Part shown: piece by piece, positions 39,936-48,327 of the stretch
Layout: every line of letters begins with the position of its first letter
Position numbering within the stretch: the first letter of the stretch is position 1
The notes under the pieces: model-generated
Database searches by the model: none
What the model was told of the DNA's origin: nothing
What the model saw: the letters and a program-made list of their open reading frames with translations, nothing else
Translations under genes and position numbers: made by a program
Origin: a virus
Length of the DNA stretch: 64,000 nucleotides
IMG/VR virus record: IMGVR_UViG_3300044510_000078
Reading direction: 5' to 3' (one strand)

Positions 39936-40672
39936 TGTTTGTTTTCGTTTGTGTTACGTTCGATAGTTAAGACTTTACCAAACTCTTTGGAAGGAGTCAA
40001 CTCCAAAACGTCGAGTTTGCCATTTTCAATGATTCCGCAAAGTCTTTGATTTGCGTCAAGACAGACGCCAGAGCCGTTAATTCGCAACTTGTTTCCCTGA
40101 GTGTGACCACAAATTTGTGGAAAGCTAGGCGGACTCACAAACTCAGACTCAAAATCGCACCATGTCAAACCACCGATTCCTTTTCCGCCTCGCGCCGTTC
40201 CGATGTTGAACATCCAATGATGCTTTTGTGCTAAAATTGCAGAGTAAGCCTTGTCTGCTTCATCCTTTAAGCGATGGACGTTACCGCCAATCTGCAAAAA
40301 ATAAGACAAGTCAAGCCCCGCATGGCTCAAAAACCAGCCGTCAACCTCAGTATAGAACTGAAACTTTTCCCAATGACGTAGCGTAATGAACTCGCTGATT
40401 TGCTCATTGTTCCAAGCAGAATAACCAGATGCCCTCAAATACTTGAATCCAAAGGCATAATGAATATCATGGTTTCCCCACAAAAACGTGAAACGATTGT
40501 CATTTATCTTTGAACGCAGCCACATTGCGGTTTCCCTTGCACCGCAAAGCCGTCCCGAAAAAGAGTCAAAAAAATCGCCCAAAAAGACAACCCTATCAAA
40601 CGTCACAGACTTCAAAAGGAAGTCAACCCTTTGAATCTTATCGTGAACGTCTGCGATAACCAATGTTCTCAT
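39932..40672 (-). CDS. Calcineurin-like metallophosphoesterase
   Basis: DVH, LGDFFD, GNHD, SHAG, GHT motifs; ATG at 40672. Confidence 0.9.
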   Translation of the reverse strand: MRTLVIADVHDKIQRVDFLLKSVTFDRVVFLGDFFDSFSGRLCGARETAMWLRSKINDNRFTFLWGNHDIHYAFGFKYLRASGYSAWNNEQISEFITLRHWEKFQFYTEVDGWFLSHAGLDLSYFLQIGGNVHRLKDEADKAYSAILAQKHHWMFNIGTARGGKGIGGLTWCDFESEFVSPPSFPQICGHTQGNKLRINGSGVCLDANQRLCGIIENGKLDVLELTPSKEFGKVLTIERNTNENKQ

Positions 40673-41034
40673 GGCTTTAATACTACCATAAAAACTTAAA
40701 AAGTCAACAACTTTATCTTGTTGATAGTTAAGGACTTGAAGAGGCGGGGGCCCATTTTTTATTTGCCGAGAAGTTTGGTCAGACAATTCTTGTGAAAAAC
40801 AGCCCAATTTCCACCGGGGATATTTTCTTGAACTAAAACTGAATCTTCAACTAAATTTATTAGTTCGTTACATCGCAAGCATTTACATGGAAGCATACTA
40901 GCTAATGGAACAAAATATTTAAGTTCTCTCATTTTTTACTTATGATTTTTGCCAATGAAATGCGTCGTAAAAACCGCAATGAACAATCCCGCTGTGATAA
41001 TTAAAATCCACATTAGTTTTCACAAGTAAGGAAG

Positions 41035-41301
41035 TTAAATCTTTACGCCAAGCTCTGATGCCAAGACAGCGGCCCTAGCCTGCATTTGTTTCTGACGGTC
41101 AACTGGCGGAGAGTCGGCCAACTTCTTAACAAGACGCTTCAAACGATTGCGTTTCGCGTGCAGTTCTCGCCACTTTCCGCGATTTGGATTTTTTAACGCA
41201 GCATTACGCTTTGCAAGTCTGCGAGCCTTGTTCGCGGCTGTGTGGGCTTTACGGATTACTTTTTCTGCCGGTTTGCGGAGGTTTTTGGTTTTGTTAGGCA
41301 T
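41035..41301 (-). CDS. Highly basic small protein (88 aa)
   Basis: MPNKTKNLRKPAEKVIRKAH...; Lys/Arg-rich. Confidence 0.7.
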   Translation of the reverse strand: MPNKTKNLRKPAEKVIRKAHTAANKARRLAKRNAALKNPNRGKWRELHAKRNRLKRLVKKLADSPPVDRQKQMQARAAVLASELGVKI

Positions 41302-41338
41302 AGTATCACCACTAATATACCAAGTTTTTAGAAAAAGT

Positions 41339-41968
41339 TCAATGCTTTTTGTAGGAAATGGAAAAAACTTCTTTAGACCAACAGGAGCGACAAGTTCCGC
41401 ACTTGTTTCCCTGATTTGAAGCCGGACAAGTGAACGAGTCTTTTGACGCTCCTGAAACTTGCAAACCAAAACGATTCGCAATTGTAACCGGCGCAGGGCC
41501 ATCAAACATCAGAGCCGACAAGCGAACGCAAAGGTTTTCGGGAATTGAATTTCCGGCATTGACATATTCTGCTACAATGGAAAATTCACGAGTCGGCAAC
41601 CAATGTTTGACTTGCGGAGTATGTTCCGCAATGGCGCAAATTCTCGAAAGATGCTCAACGCTTTGAATGTCGCCGCTGTCGTGCCAGCGAAAAAAGCCAC
41701 TTTTCTCCATTGTGTTCAAAAGGAAAATCATAGCCTCTACCCATTTAGGATGATTCAACGCGACGAATCGCTTCTCTAGTGCGGTTTGAACATTCTTAAA
41801 AACATAACGCCCCTTTAGAGCGTAGCACTTTGAGCAAATAGAATTTTCCACAGCACGAAGTTTTTGCCCCGTGATACAATACCGCGCAGGGATTGAATAC
41901 CCATAACACGGCATCTTAGATGGGGAAGAAAGTCCGCCGACAATTTCCCATGCGAGGTTTTTATTCAT
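41339..41968 (-). CDS. GP88-like Cys-rich protein, paralog of 29345-29977
   Basis: SKMPCYGYSIPARYC...SICSKCYALKGRY, FRWHDSGD, HWLPTRE. Confidence 0.8.
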   Translation of the reverse strand: MNKNLAWEIVGGLSSPSKMPCYGYSIPARYCITGQKLRAVENSICSKCYALKGRYVFKNVQTALEKRFVALNHPKWVEAMIFLLNTMEKSGFFRWHDSGDIQSVEHLSRICAIAEHTPQVKHWLPTREFSIVAEYVNAGNSIPENLCVRLSALMFDGPAPVTIANRFGLQVSGASKDSFTCPASNQGNKCGTCRSCWSKEVFSISYKKH

Positions 41969-42454
41969 TTACGCCTCTCGCGCTTTCAGTCCATTAGAAA
42001 TGAACATATCTTTCAGACTTTCATCAGGCTTCTCTGCCTTGTCGGACGCAAGAGAAAACGTCTCAGCAAAGCCGCCAAACTTGACTTTGTTGACTTTGAA
42101 ATCAGTCTTGAAATTCGCCTTGAAATTGTCGAATTGCTCAGAACCAACCTTGTCTGCAATCTCAAAAATGCGATTAACCTTTTGAGCGCGAGTCATTCGG
42201 GCCTTGTTTTTGATTGCCTGCCAGATTCGAGAATCTTCTGCGGTGAGGATGAACTTGGCACGATTCACGAAATACTTTTTGAGCTTGTAAGCGGAAGTCC
42301 AAAATTGTGCCGTTGTATCAGAAATCCAGTCAAGCTCGCCATTCGTCGCGCCGTGATTCCAAAAAGAATTGAACGCAAGATTGATTTCCTCTGCCTTGCC
42401 AGTGAGAATCACGAGCCAACCAGAGCCAGCATTTTGATAGGAGACTTTAAGCAT
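41969..42454 (-). CDS. Hypothetical protein (161 aa)
   Basis: TTGACG-17-TACACT-7-ATG promoter. Confidence 0.75.
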   Translation of the reverse strand: MLKVSYQNAGSGWLVILTGKAEEINLAFNSFWNHGATNGELDWISDTTAQFWTSAYKLKKYFVNRAKFILTAEDSRIWQAIKNKARMTRAQKVNRIFEIADKVGSEQFDNFKANFKTDFKVNKVKFGGFAETFSLASDKAEKPDESLKDMFISNGLKAREA

Positions 42455-42467
42455 GAGAAGAAGTGTA

Positions 42468-42620
42468 TCAGTTCGCGCCCGATTCGTCAAGAAAATTCTT
42501 ACGGAACTTGTCGCGGCGACGATAACCGTTTCGAGGCGATTCAATGCGTCCGCAAGTGAGGTTTGAAGGCAACATCTTGCGAACTTTGACCTTGCGAGGA
42601 GGTTTCACAGAAAATTTCAT
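42468..42620 (-). CDS. Basic microprotein (50 aa)
   Basis: Read manually: MKFSVKPPRKVKVRK...GYRRRDKFRKNF; TTGACT promoter with a dyad 16 bp upstream. Confidence 0.6.
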   Translation of the reverse strand: MKFSVKPPRKVKVRKMLPSNLTCGRIESPRNGYRRRDKFRKNFLDESGAN

Positions 42621-42673
42621 GTTGGTAAATCTTACTCCTTTTACCTTACAAAGTCAAATAAAAAATCAAAAAA

Positions 42674-42744
42674 TATCTCCTTCACTATCAAGGACTTACG
42701 AGACGGACGGGCGCTTTTATAAATCCCTCTGGCAAAACCTATTG
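42674..42744. repeat. Paired-dyad element
   Basis: ...CTATCAAGGACTTA - 21 bp - TAAATCCCTCTGGCAAAACCTATTG. Confidence 0.8.
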
Positions 42745-42810
42745 GAACTTATTTAACTTTAAAGATTATTTGCGGGTATTTGATGTATTTTATACTTATT
42801 TTGGGAAAGG

Positions 42811-42888
42811 TGGGGTGCTAGACGGGACTTGAACCCGTATAAACCAGACTCACAATCTGGAGCATTCGCCAATTATGCTACTAACACC
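42811..42888 (-). tRNA. tRNA-His(GTG)
   Basis: G-1:C73 eight-bp acceptor, CCAGA-TTGTGAG-TCTGG, encoded CCA. Confidence 0.93.
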
Positions 42889-42897
42889 ATTAAAAAA

Positions 42898-42973
42898 TGG
42901 CGAGCCATGCCGGAATCGAACCGAGCCTTTCTCGATAGACAGTCGAGACGATACGCCTGCTTTTCTATGGCCC
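42898..42973 (-). tRNA. tRNA-Asp(GTC), weak D-arm
   Basis: CTCGA-CTGTCTA-TCGAG, T-loop TTCGATT, G73, CCA. Confidence 0.8.
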
Positions 42974-43087
42974 AAGCGTCTTATATTACACTAGCCTTGT
43001 AAAAATGTCAATCAGATTCTCCGAAGATTGCGATTCCAAAAATGACACCAAAGAGGGCAACTACAATTAGTGCAATCATCATAAAAA

Positions 43088-43165
43088 TGGCACGAGGAGT
43101 CAGAATCGAACCGACCACACAGAGATTTGGAGTTTCCGTCGCCTATCCTTGGAACATTCCCCCGT
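43088..43165 (-). tRNA. tRNA-Trp(CCA)
   Basis: CTCCAAA loop, T-arm, CCA; acceptor has G-T pairs and possibly one extra G. Confidence 0.75.
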
Positions 43166-43169
43166 ATTT

Positions 43170-43244
43170 TGGTGCGCTCGGCAGGACTTGAACCTGCAAC
43201 TAACTGGTTAAAAGCCAGCTACTCTGCCATTGAGTTACGAACGC
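43170..43244 (-). tRNA. tRNA-Lys(TTT)
   Basis: GCTGG-CTTTTAA-CCAGT, canonical cloverleaf, CCA. Confidence 0.93.
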
Positions 43245-43290
43245 AACTACCCTTATCTTACACAAAAACCCTACGTCCGTCAAGCAGAAG

Positions 43291-43614
43291 TTAGAAAGGA
43301 ACAGATTTGTGGTAAAGCTCGTAAGCCCTCATCAAATCTTCGACAAGATACTTCGCTTCTATCAAACCAAGACCGGGGCAAATTTCCCGCGCCCGCTTGA
43401 TATAAAGAATCTTTTGAGAAGAATTGCAGCGTCCATTACGAATGTCTTTGGCGAATTGAGCAAAATGCGACGCATTGAAAGTTCCCGGCACAGGAACTTG
43501 AGACTCGGCCTTATCCAGCAGTTCCGTCAAAATAACCATTCCAAGCCCCGTCTTAGGATTTGAAAGGATTGTCGTGATAATTTGCTGGCGGCTCATGTCG
43601 AGAGTGATTTTCAT
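43291..43614 (-). CDS. Protein with ribosomal L7/L12 C-terminal-like motif
   Basis: QKILYIKRAREICPGLGLIEAKYLVE matches the KIxxIKxxRExxGLGLxEAKxLVE pattern. Confidence 0.65.
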   Translation of the reverse strand: MKITLDMSRQQIITTILSNPKTGLGMVILTELLDKAESQVPVPGTFNASHFAQFAKDIRNGRCNSSQKILYIKRAREICPGLGLIEAKYLVEDLMRAYELYHKSVPF

Positions 43615-43655
43615 TTTTTAATTATAGGACAGGTTTGACCGCAAAGCAAGTTCGA

Positions 43656-44162
43656 TTACTTGCAAACTTCAAAAACTTTACCACTTTGAATCTTATCCTT
43701 CAGGAAACACCGATAGGCGTTGCGGTCTAGGTCAATTCCAGAAATGTAATTTTCGTCTTCTTCTTTAACAGAAAGTCGTCGTAGTTTCGGAGATTCGCGC
43801 CTCGACGATAGATAAAAAAATTCAACAATACGCTCGCCCGAATCTAGGCTAGTTTGCTCGACCAAAGAAATAACGTGATTCCCGTTGTCACTGTTATCGC
43901 CGTCATTTTCGTCTGCGCCAAGATAGAGGTTAGAAAAAACCCTGTCCATTCCACTTGTCAAGTGACGAATGAAATCAACCATCACGGTTTCCGGCTCCAT
44001 CCTGTCAAGAGGATAAAAAGAATTGTTAAGCCTAGAGCTTTCTCGCAAAGCGCGAACATAATCCTTCGCTTCTGTGACTAGCCCCATTCCGCTCGAATGG
44101 GCAAAAAGAGCAACACTTTTACGTTCGCCGTTTGAGAATTGAATTGAGATTCTATCGCCCAT
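43656..44162 (-). CDS. Hypothetical phage protein (168 aa, MGDRISIQF...LFAHSSG)
   Basis: ORF with conserved-looking N-terminus. Confidence 0.75.
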   Translation of the reverse strand: MGDRISIQFSNGERKSVALFAHSSGMGLVTEAKDYVRALRESSRLNNSFYPLDRMEPETVMVDFIRHLTSGMDRVFSNLYLGADENDGDNSDNGNHVISLVEQTSLDSGERIVEFFYLSSRRESPKLRRLSVKEEDENYISGIDLDRNAYRCFLKDKIQSGKVFEVCK

Positions 44163-44195
44163 AGTTTGTTTTGTTGTGATGATACTAACAGGAAA

Positions 44196-44396
44196 TTAGT
44201 CGTTTGTCAATTTCAAAATCGCCGCAATGTCTTTTTTGTTAATGAAAGCCGGATACACAAAGCCCCTTTCCAAATTAACATAAACATCTTCAAATTTATA
44301 AGAAGATATTTCTCCAGAAGAAAGAGTATCGCCTTTGAAGTTTTTGCAGGAAACCTTAAATTCTACACCGCTTTTGAGGATAACTTTAAGAACCAT
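44196..44396 (-). CDS. Hypothetical protein (66 aa)
   Basis: Promoter-like upstream sequence; ORF track. Confidence 0.7.
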   Translation of the reverse strand: MVLKVILKSGVEFKVSCKNFKGDTLSSGEISSYKFEDVYVNLERGFVYPAFINKKDIAAILKLTND

Positions 44397-44439
44397 AGAA
44401 TTAGTCTATCACGCCTCTGTTAGAAAGTAAAGAAAATTT

Positions 44440-44514
44440 TGGCTGGCCTCAAAGGATTTGAACCTCTAATCTTGACGTTCAGAGCGTCTTATGTTGCCGT
44501 TACACCAGAGGCCA
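44440..44514 (-). tRNA. tRNA-Gln(CTG)
   Basis: TGGCCTC/GAGGCCA acceptor, GACG-CTCTGAA-CGTC, G73, CCA. Confidence 0.88.
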
Positions 44515-44518
44515 AAAT

Positions 44519-44596
44519 TGGTGCAAGCGGTGGGAGTCGAACCCACTTTCTCTCGATTATCAGTCGAGTGCTTGACCGTTAAGCTTCTCCACTGAC
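44519..44596 (-). pseudogene. Degenerate tRNA-Ile(GAT)
   Basis: D, anticodon and T arms intact; 5' acceptor strand mismatched, with about 3 extra nt. Confidence 0.7.
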
Positions 44597-44604
44597 TTAA
44601 AAAG

Positions 44605-44680
44605 TGGTAGAGCTAGGGGGAATTGAACCCGCCATCCCTGAGTTGAAAGCCCAGAGTATTAGCCATTATACGATAGCTCC
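44605..44680 (-). tRNA. tRNA-Glu(TTC)
   Basis: GGAGCTA/TAGCTCT, CTGGG-CTTTCAA-CTCAG, CCA. Confidence 0.88.
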
Positions 44681-44685
44681 ATTCT

Positions 44686-44770
44686 TGGTGGTAGCGGCAG
44701 GAATCGAACCTACTACCTATGCGGGTTAGTTGGGTTACGGCCAACCGAGCACCATTGCACGTCAAACTTT
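44686..44770 (-). pseudogene. tRNA-Tyr(GTA) lacking its 5' acceptor strand
   Basis: GTTGG-CCGTAAC-CCAAC, long variable arm, T-arm and CGCTACC-A-CCA present; no complementary GGTAGCG upstream. Confidence 0.7.
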
Positions 44771-44989
44771 GTAGCTTTTATAGTTAATTATATTTATTTG
44801 AATATATTACACCAAAACCGAACCTATATGTATTTTGTTTTACATTTAGGTTCGGAAAGCCAACTGTATGTTATGTGTTTGTTTTTTTAAAAAAAAAAAA
44901 AAAAGAAGATAAAACAGTCACAGATTTTCAATGGTTATTGTTCCTTTTCAGACCTTTTACCAAAGAAACATATATGTGCCTCTGTCATT

Positions 44990-45394
44990 TTATCTCTAAC
45001 GACACTTTTATGCCGAGTATGTAACTATCAAGCCATGCGCTACTGCCCATTTTTCCAGAGCGGCGTCCAAGCCACGCTTCGCTTCATGCAGGCGATTGCA
45101 TTAGCTCCCGGTTAAGGAGCGGGAATCTTCAAAGAACAACTAAAAATTGGGGCGGGTTTTTGTCGTTTTTCACGAAAAAGTTGACCCGCCAAAACCTCAG
45201 TGTTTCTCGTCGAACACCTAACGAATTTATCTAATTTATTACTCTAATAAAAGACGTTGACTGTCCGTTTGCCAGCCACGGCAGCTATTATTGCCCAGAC
45301 AGCTAGGGAGGAGGCTAATGCCCGATTCGAGCCGTCGCTCTTTTGAATCGTCTGCTTAGGCTTTTCTCGCAGCATCCAATTTAGCACCAACGCC
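44990..45394 (-). ncRNA. Candidate structured ncRNA / tRNA-operon leader with boxA-like site
   Basis: TTGACT-17-TATTAT promoter (45429-45401), no credible ORF, several hairpins, GTTCTTTGAA at 45137-45128. Confidence 0.5.
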
Positions 45395-45500
45395 AAAAAC
45401 ATAATACATCCATTCTACTAGAAAGTCAACAAAAAGTTACGCCTATAATAGCTTGATAATCAAAGACTTGCGACGCGGGCCGACCGAATTTTAAAAATAA

Positions 45501-45605
45501 AGTGCGCGGCAGGATTTGAACCTGCAATAAATAGTCAGACTTAACCCATGCAGGAGATACCTGCCGCTGGGAGTCTCTAGCGTCTTTACATTCCGCCACG
45601 CGCAC
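45501..45605 (-). tRNA. Leu-type tRNA-like gene with a 27-nt hairpin insert in the anticodon loop
   Basis: GTGCGCG/CGCGCAC acceptor, GCG..CGC D-stem, GCAGG-TTCAAAT-CCTGC; insert CCCAGCGGCAGGTATCTCCTGCATGGG (45571-45545). Confidence 0.75.
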
Positions 45606-45738
45606 TCAAACGAAAAACTTTTCAAAACTTCTCGACGGCTTTTATCAGTTTGTGATTAGTTGGCGTTCCAAGCGAGCTTTCGCTCTTTAGTTGTTTGGAC
45701 TCTCTTATGGCTTATTCAGCCACTCGGAACAAATAAAA

Positions 45739-46623
45739 TTAGTTATTCGCCAAAACCACGGCTTTTGCAGGTTGAACAATGACGGGCTTCAAAAGGGCGT
45801 CCATCACATTCTGCGAACGCGCAGCGCGATTCAACTCAAACAAGACACGGCCATTCGTGCGTTGAGCGTATTCAAATCGCTCGCTCTCAACTTGGTGAGT
45901 GAGATAATCAGTCGCCGCATTGTAAAGATTAAACAAGTTTCGAGCCTTGTCCTCGTCGCGCTTAGGAGCAAGCCAAAGACCCTCAACGCCTTCGCGCACA
46001 GAGTCAGAAAGAATGTCCTTCTCCGTCAAATTGCGAAGAACAGTCTTACCCTGCTCGTCGCTCAAAGACTTCTCCGCTAAGAGAGAGAAAATCTCGGCTG
46101 ACTTCTCGAAACCATTAACTGCACGGTCAAGAGCGTCGCCAATGAAGTCGAGAGACATCTTAGTAGAGTGCTTCTTTGTCAAAGAAAACTCCTTTTCCAT
46201 TGTCACCATACCGTTAGAGCAAACAAGACGCAGAAAACCCAACGCCCACGACGCTCGCAATGAACGGTCAAAGGAATTTTGGAGAGTCAGACGGAAACCA
46301 AGTTCGTCGCCGACCTTCGGAACAGGAATGGTCTTGTCCTTGAAGTCAAATGTCGCATAGAATCGCTCGCCGTTACCAGCGACAACCAACTTCTGCGAGG
46401 ACGGAGTGAGGCCGCGAGAAGTCATTGCTTCATTAGCCTTGTCCATCAAATCCTTATTCTGAATCAGACCGTAGTATTCGGTGCAAACACCAAGAGGCGC
46501 ATCAACACCTTCGCGGAAGTTACCAAACCAGCCAGTTGTGCGACCGTCCTTAGTAAAGAGAGGTTGCGTAGAGACGTTGTAATCCCAATTTGCGTTAACG
46601 GATTGAAGTGTGGGGCGAGCCAT
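45739..46623 (-). CDS. DUF932-like protein
   Basis: LGVCTEYYGLIQN, GNGERFYA, LQNSFDRS, LRLVCSNGM, NLFNLYNAATDY. Confidence 0.8.
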   Translation of the reverse strand: MARPTLQSVNANWDYNVSTQPLFTKDGRTTGWFGNFREGVDAPLGVCTEYYGLIQNKDLMDKANEAMTSRGLTPSSQKLVVAGNGERFYATFDFKDKTIPVPKVGDELGFRLTLQNSFDRSLRASWALGFLRLVCSNGMVTMEKEFSLTKKHSTKMSLDFIGDALDRAVNGFEKSAEIFSLLAEKSLSDEQGKTVLRNLTEKDILSDSVREGVEGLWLAPKRDEDKARNLFNLYNAATDYLTHQVESERFEYAQRTNGRVLFELNRAARSQNVMDALLKPVIVQPAKAVVLANN

Positions 46624-46693
46624 AGTTTGTTTGAGTTTGGGTTGTTTTTGTTACTGTGAAAAGTATAGCAAAGACTTGGTTACTTGTCAAGCC

Positions 46694-46936
46694 TTACTTA
46701 ATACGCGACTTCAATTCCGCCTTAATCGCACGAGCGACATCGCCGCGCCAGCTTGACGCATTGCAAAGAAAGTAACTTACGATTGAGCGTCCATCGTCAA
46801 GTCCGTAGTTGTCATCCACGGAATTCAGACAGTGCATCGCCAAAAGGTAGGGCTTCGCTCCAAAATACACATTGCGCCAGTCACGCGAAATGAGGGCTGC
46901 GATTGACGCGAGGTTCATGCTTTTAATGTCGGGCAT
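46694..46936 (-). CDS. Conserved phage protein (80 aa; DWRNVYFGAKPYL.AM...YFL.NA..WRG)
   Basis: TTGACA promoter; recognisable small phage protein pattern. Confidence 0.85.
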   Translation of the reverse strand: MPDIKSMNLASIAALISRDWRNVYFGAKPYLLAMHCLNSVDDNYGLDDGRSIVSYFLCNASSWRGDVARAIKAELKSRIK

Positions 46937-46978
46937 GATTTAATTCTAGCACGTTTTTCTAAGATGTCAAGCTCTTCG

Positions 46979-47048
46979 TAAGTGCTTAATCATCAAACTC
47001 TTGCGTGGCGTGCCATCGGAATTATAAATCCTTAAAAATCAACAACTT
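46979..47048. repeat. Paired-dyad element
   Basis: TAAGTGCTTAATCATCAAACTCTTG - 20 bp - TAAATCCTTAAAAATCAACAACTTA. Confidence 0.85.
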
Positions 47049-47123
47049 AAAAAACATTTTAATTACTTGAATTGATTATTTGGAAGCTTATTTGATAGGT
47101 ATAGATTCTGAGGGGATTATTTG

Positions 47124-47199
47124 TGGCCGGTCAAGTCCGAATCGAACGGACACCCTCGCTTCTTCAGAGCGTTGTGCAGACCACCTACACCATTGACCG
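47124..47199 (-). tRNA. tRNA-Phe(GAA)
   Basis: CGGTCAA/TTGACCG, CGCT-CTGAAGA-AGCG, CCA. Confidence 0.88.
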
Positions 47200-47205
47200 T
47201 TTATT

Positions 47206-47287
47206 TGGCGCACCGAGAAGGAGTCGAACCTTCATGTAATTCCAATTAGCCTTTCTATCGGTTCGTAGCCGAAGGGCATACCGGCGC
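47206..47287 (-). tRNA. Atypical tRNA-Arg(ACG)-like RNA without a normally placed D-arm
   Basis: Acceptor, TCGG-CTACGAA-CCGA and T-arm present; TAATTGGAATTA hairpin lies 3' of the anticodon arm. Confidence 0.6.
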
Positions 47288-47294
47288 ATATTTC

Positions 47295-47370
47295 TGGTCG
47301 CAACGGCAAGAATCGAACTTGCGGAAGCTTCCTTATGAGAGAAACCTGAGTAACCAACGCTCTCGCTGCG
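47295..47370 (-). tRNA. tRNA-Met(CAT)
   Basis: CGCAGCG/CGTTGCG, CTCATAA loop, GCAAG-TTCGATT-CTTGC, CCA. Confidence 0.8.
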
Positions 47371-47418
47371 CTCTTAGTCGTATTACACTACAAAACATTA
47401 TAGCAGAAAAATAAACAA

Positions 47419-48327
47419 ATGTCAACAAATTATCCATATCGAACCTTAATGCGCGTATTGTCTATTATGAACAGAAAACATTCATTAGAAACCCGTCAAA
47501 AAATTCGTATCGCTAGAAAAGCCTACCTTGCCGGGACAACAAAAAGGTCATGGCAAGTTAAACAAGCTGGCAAATCTATCCCTTGCGAAAAATTTAAAGA
47601 AATCTTAAATAAAAACAAAATTAATTACATTCCAGAATTCGAGCCCCTTCGTGAAATGGGTAGATATTATTCGATTGACGTGTCATTTCCAGACAAGAAA
47701 ATAGGAATAGAAATAAATGGAAGACAACACTACGACTCTTATGGAAACCTCGCTCCTTATTATCAACTCAGACACGACCTAATTGAAGCCTTTGGTTGGA
47801 AACTATACGAAATCCCATATCACATGGCCTTCGACGAAGAAAAAATGATGAATCTTGTATTATTAATCCTTAATTCAGAAAATAAAATTGAATTTAATTA
47901 TAAATGCTACTCTCCACCCAAAAAGAAAACCTACATTGCAAAACGCCCAAATAACATTAAATATAATTACCCACCTTACGAACAGCTTAAAGAAATGGCA
48001 GAGTCTATGTTTTTAAAAGAATTAGTCGTTAAACTAAACATTCCACAAAAGGCTCTGTGGTTGCATTTAGCAAAACGAGGAATAAAAACAAAAAAATACA
48101 CAAAGCCTATCAAATTCAAAAATCCAAACAAAAACAGGCCATCACAAAGAAAAGTCCCAAGACCTTCCCCAGAGGAACTCCAAGAGCTAATAAAAAAACA
48201 TCCAATGACTGTTCTCGGGAGAAAATTCGGAATATCTGACAATGCAATCAGAAAATGGTGTAGGTCTTACAACATAGACCTACGCAAGAAAAAATTGGTA
48301 GTTCCGACGGGACTCGAACCCGTATAA
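47419..48327 (+). CDS. Free-standing homing-type endonuclease (NUMOD3-like + DUF559/Vsr-like + HTH)
   Basis: RKHSLETRQKI, YSIDVSFPDKKIGIEINGRQHY, GWKLYEIPY, C-terminal LGRKFGISDNAIRKWC. Antisense within the tRNA array; true start may be 47467. Confidence 0.75.
   Translation: MSTNYPYRTLMRVLSIMNRKHSLETRQKIRIARKAYLAGTTKRSWQVKQAGKSIPCEKFKEILNKNKINYIPEFEPLREMGRYYSIDVSFPDKKIGIEINGRQHYDSYGNLAPYYQLRHDLIEAFGWKLYEIPYHMAFDEEKMMNLVLLILNSENKIEFNYKCYSPPKKKTYIAKRPNNIKYNYPPYEQLKEMAESMFLKELVVKLNIPQKALWLHLAKRGIKTKKYTKPIKFKNPNKNRPSQRKVPRPSPEELQELIKKHPMTVLGRKFGISDNAIRKWCRSYNIDLRKKKLVVPTGLEPV

Noticed and set aside
44886-44905. T/A homopolymer run as a functional element
   Set aside because: It may be a terminator tail or an assembly artefact; there is no supporting structure.
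30183-45272. Shared decamer GCAAACGGAC in the two large ncRNA candidates
   Set aside because: One 10-mer match between two regions of about 450 nt is expected by chance (roughly 0.2 per strand).
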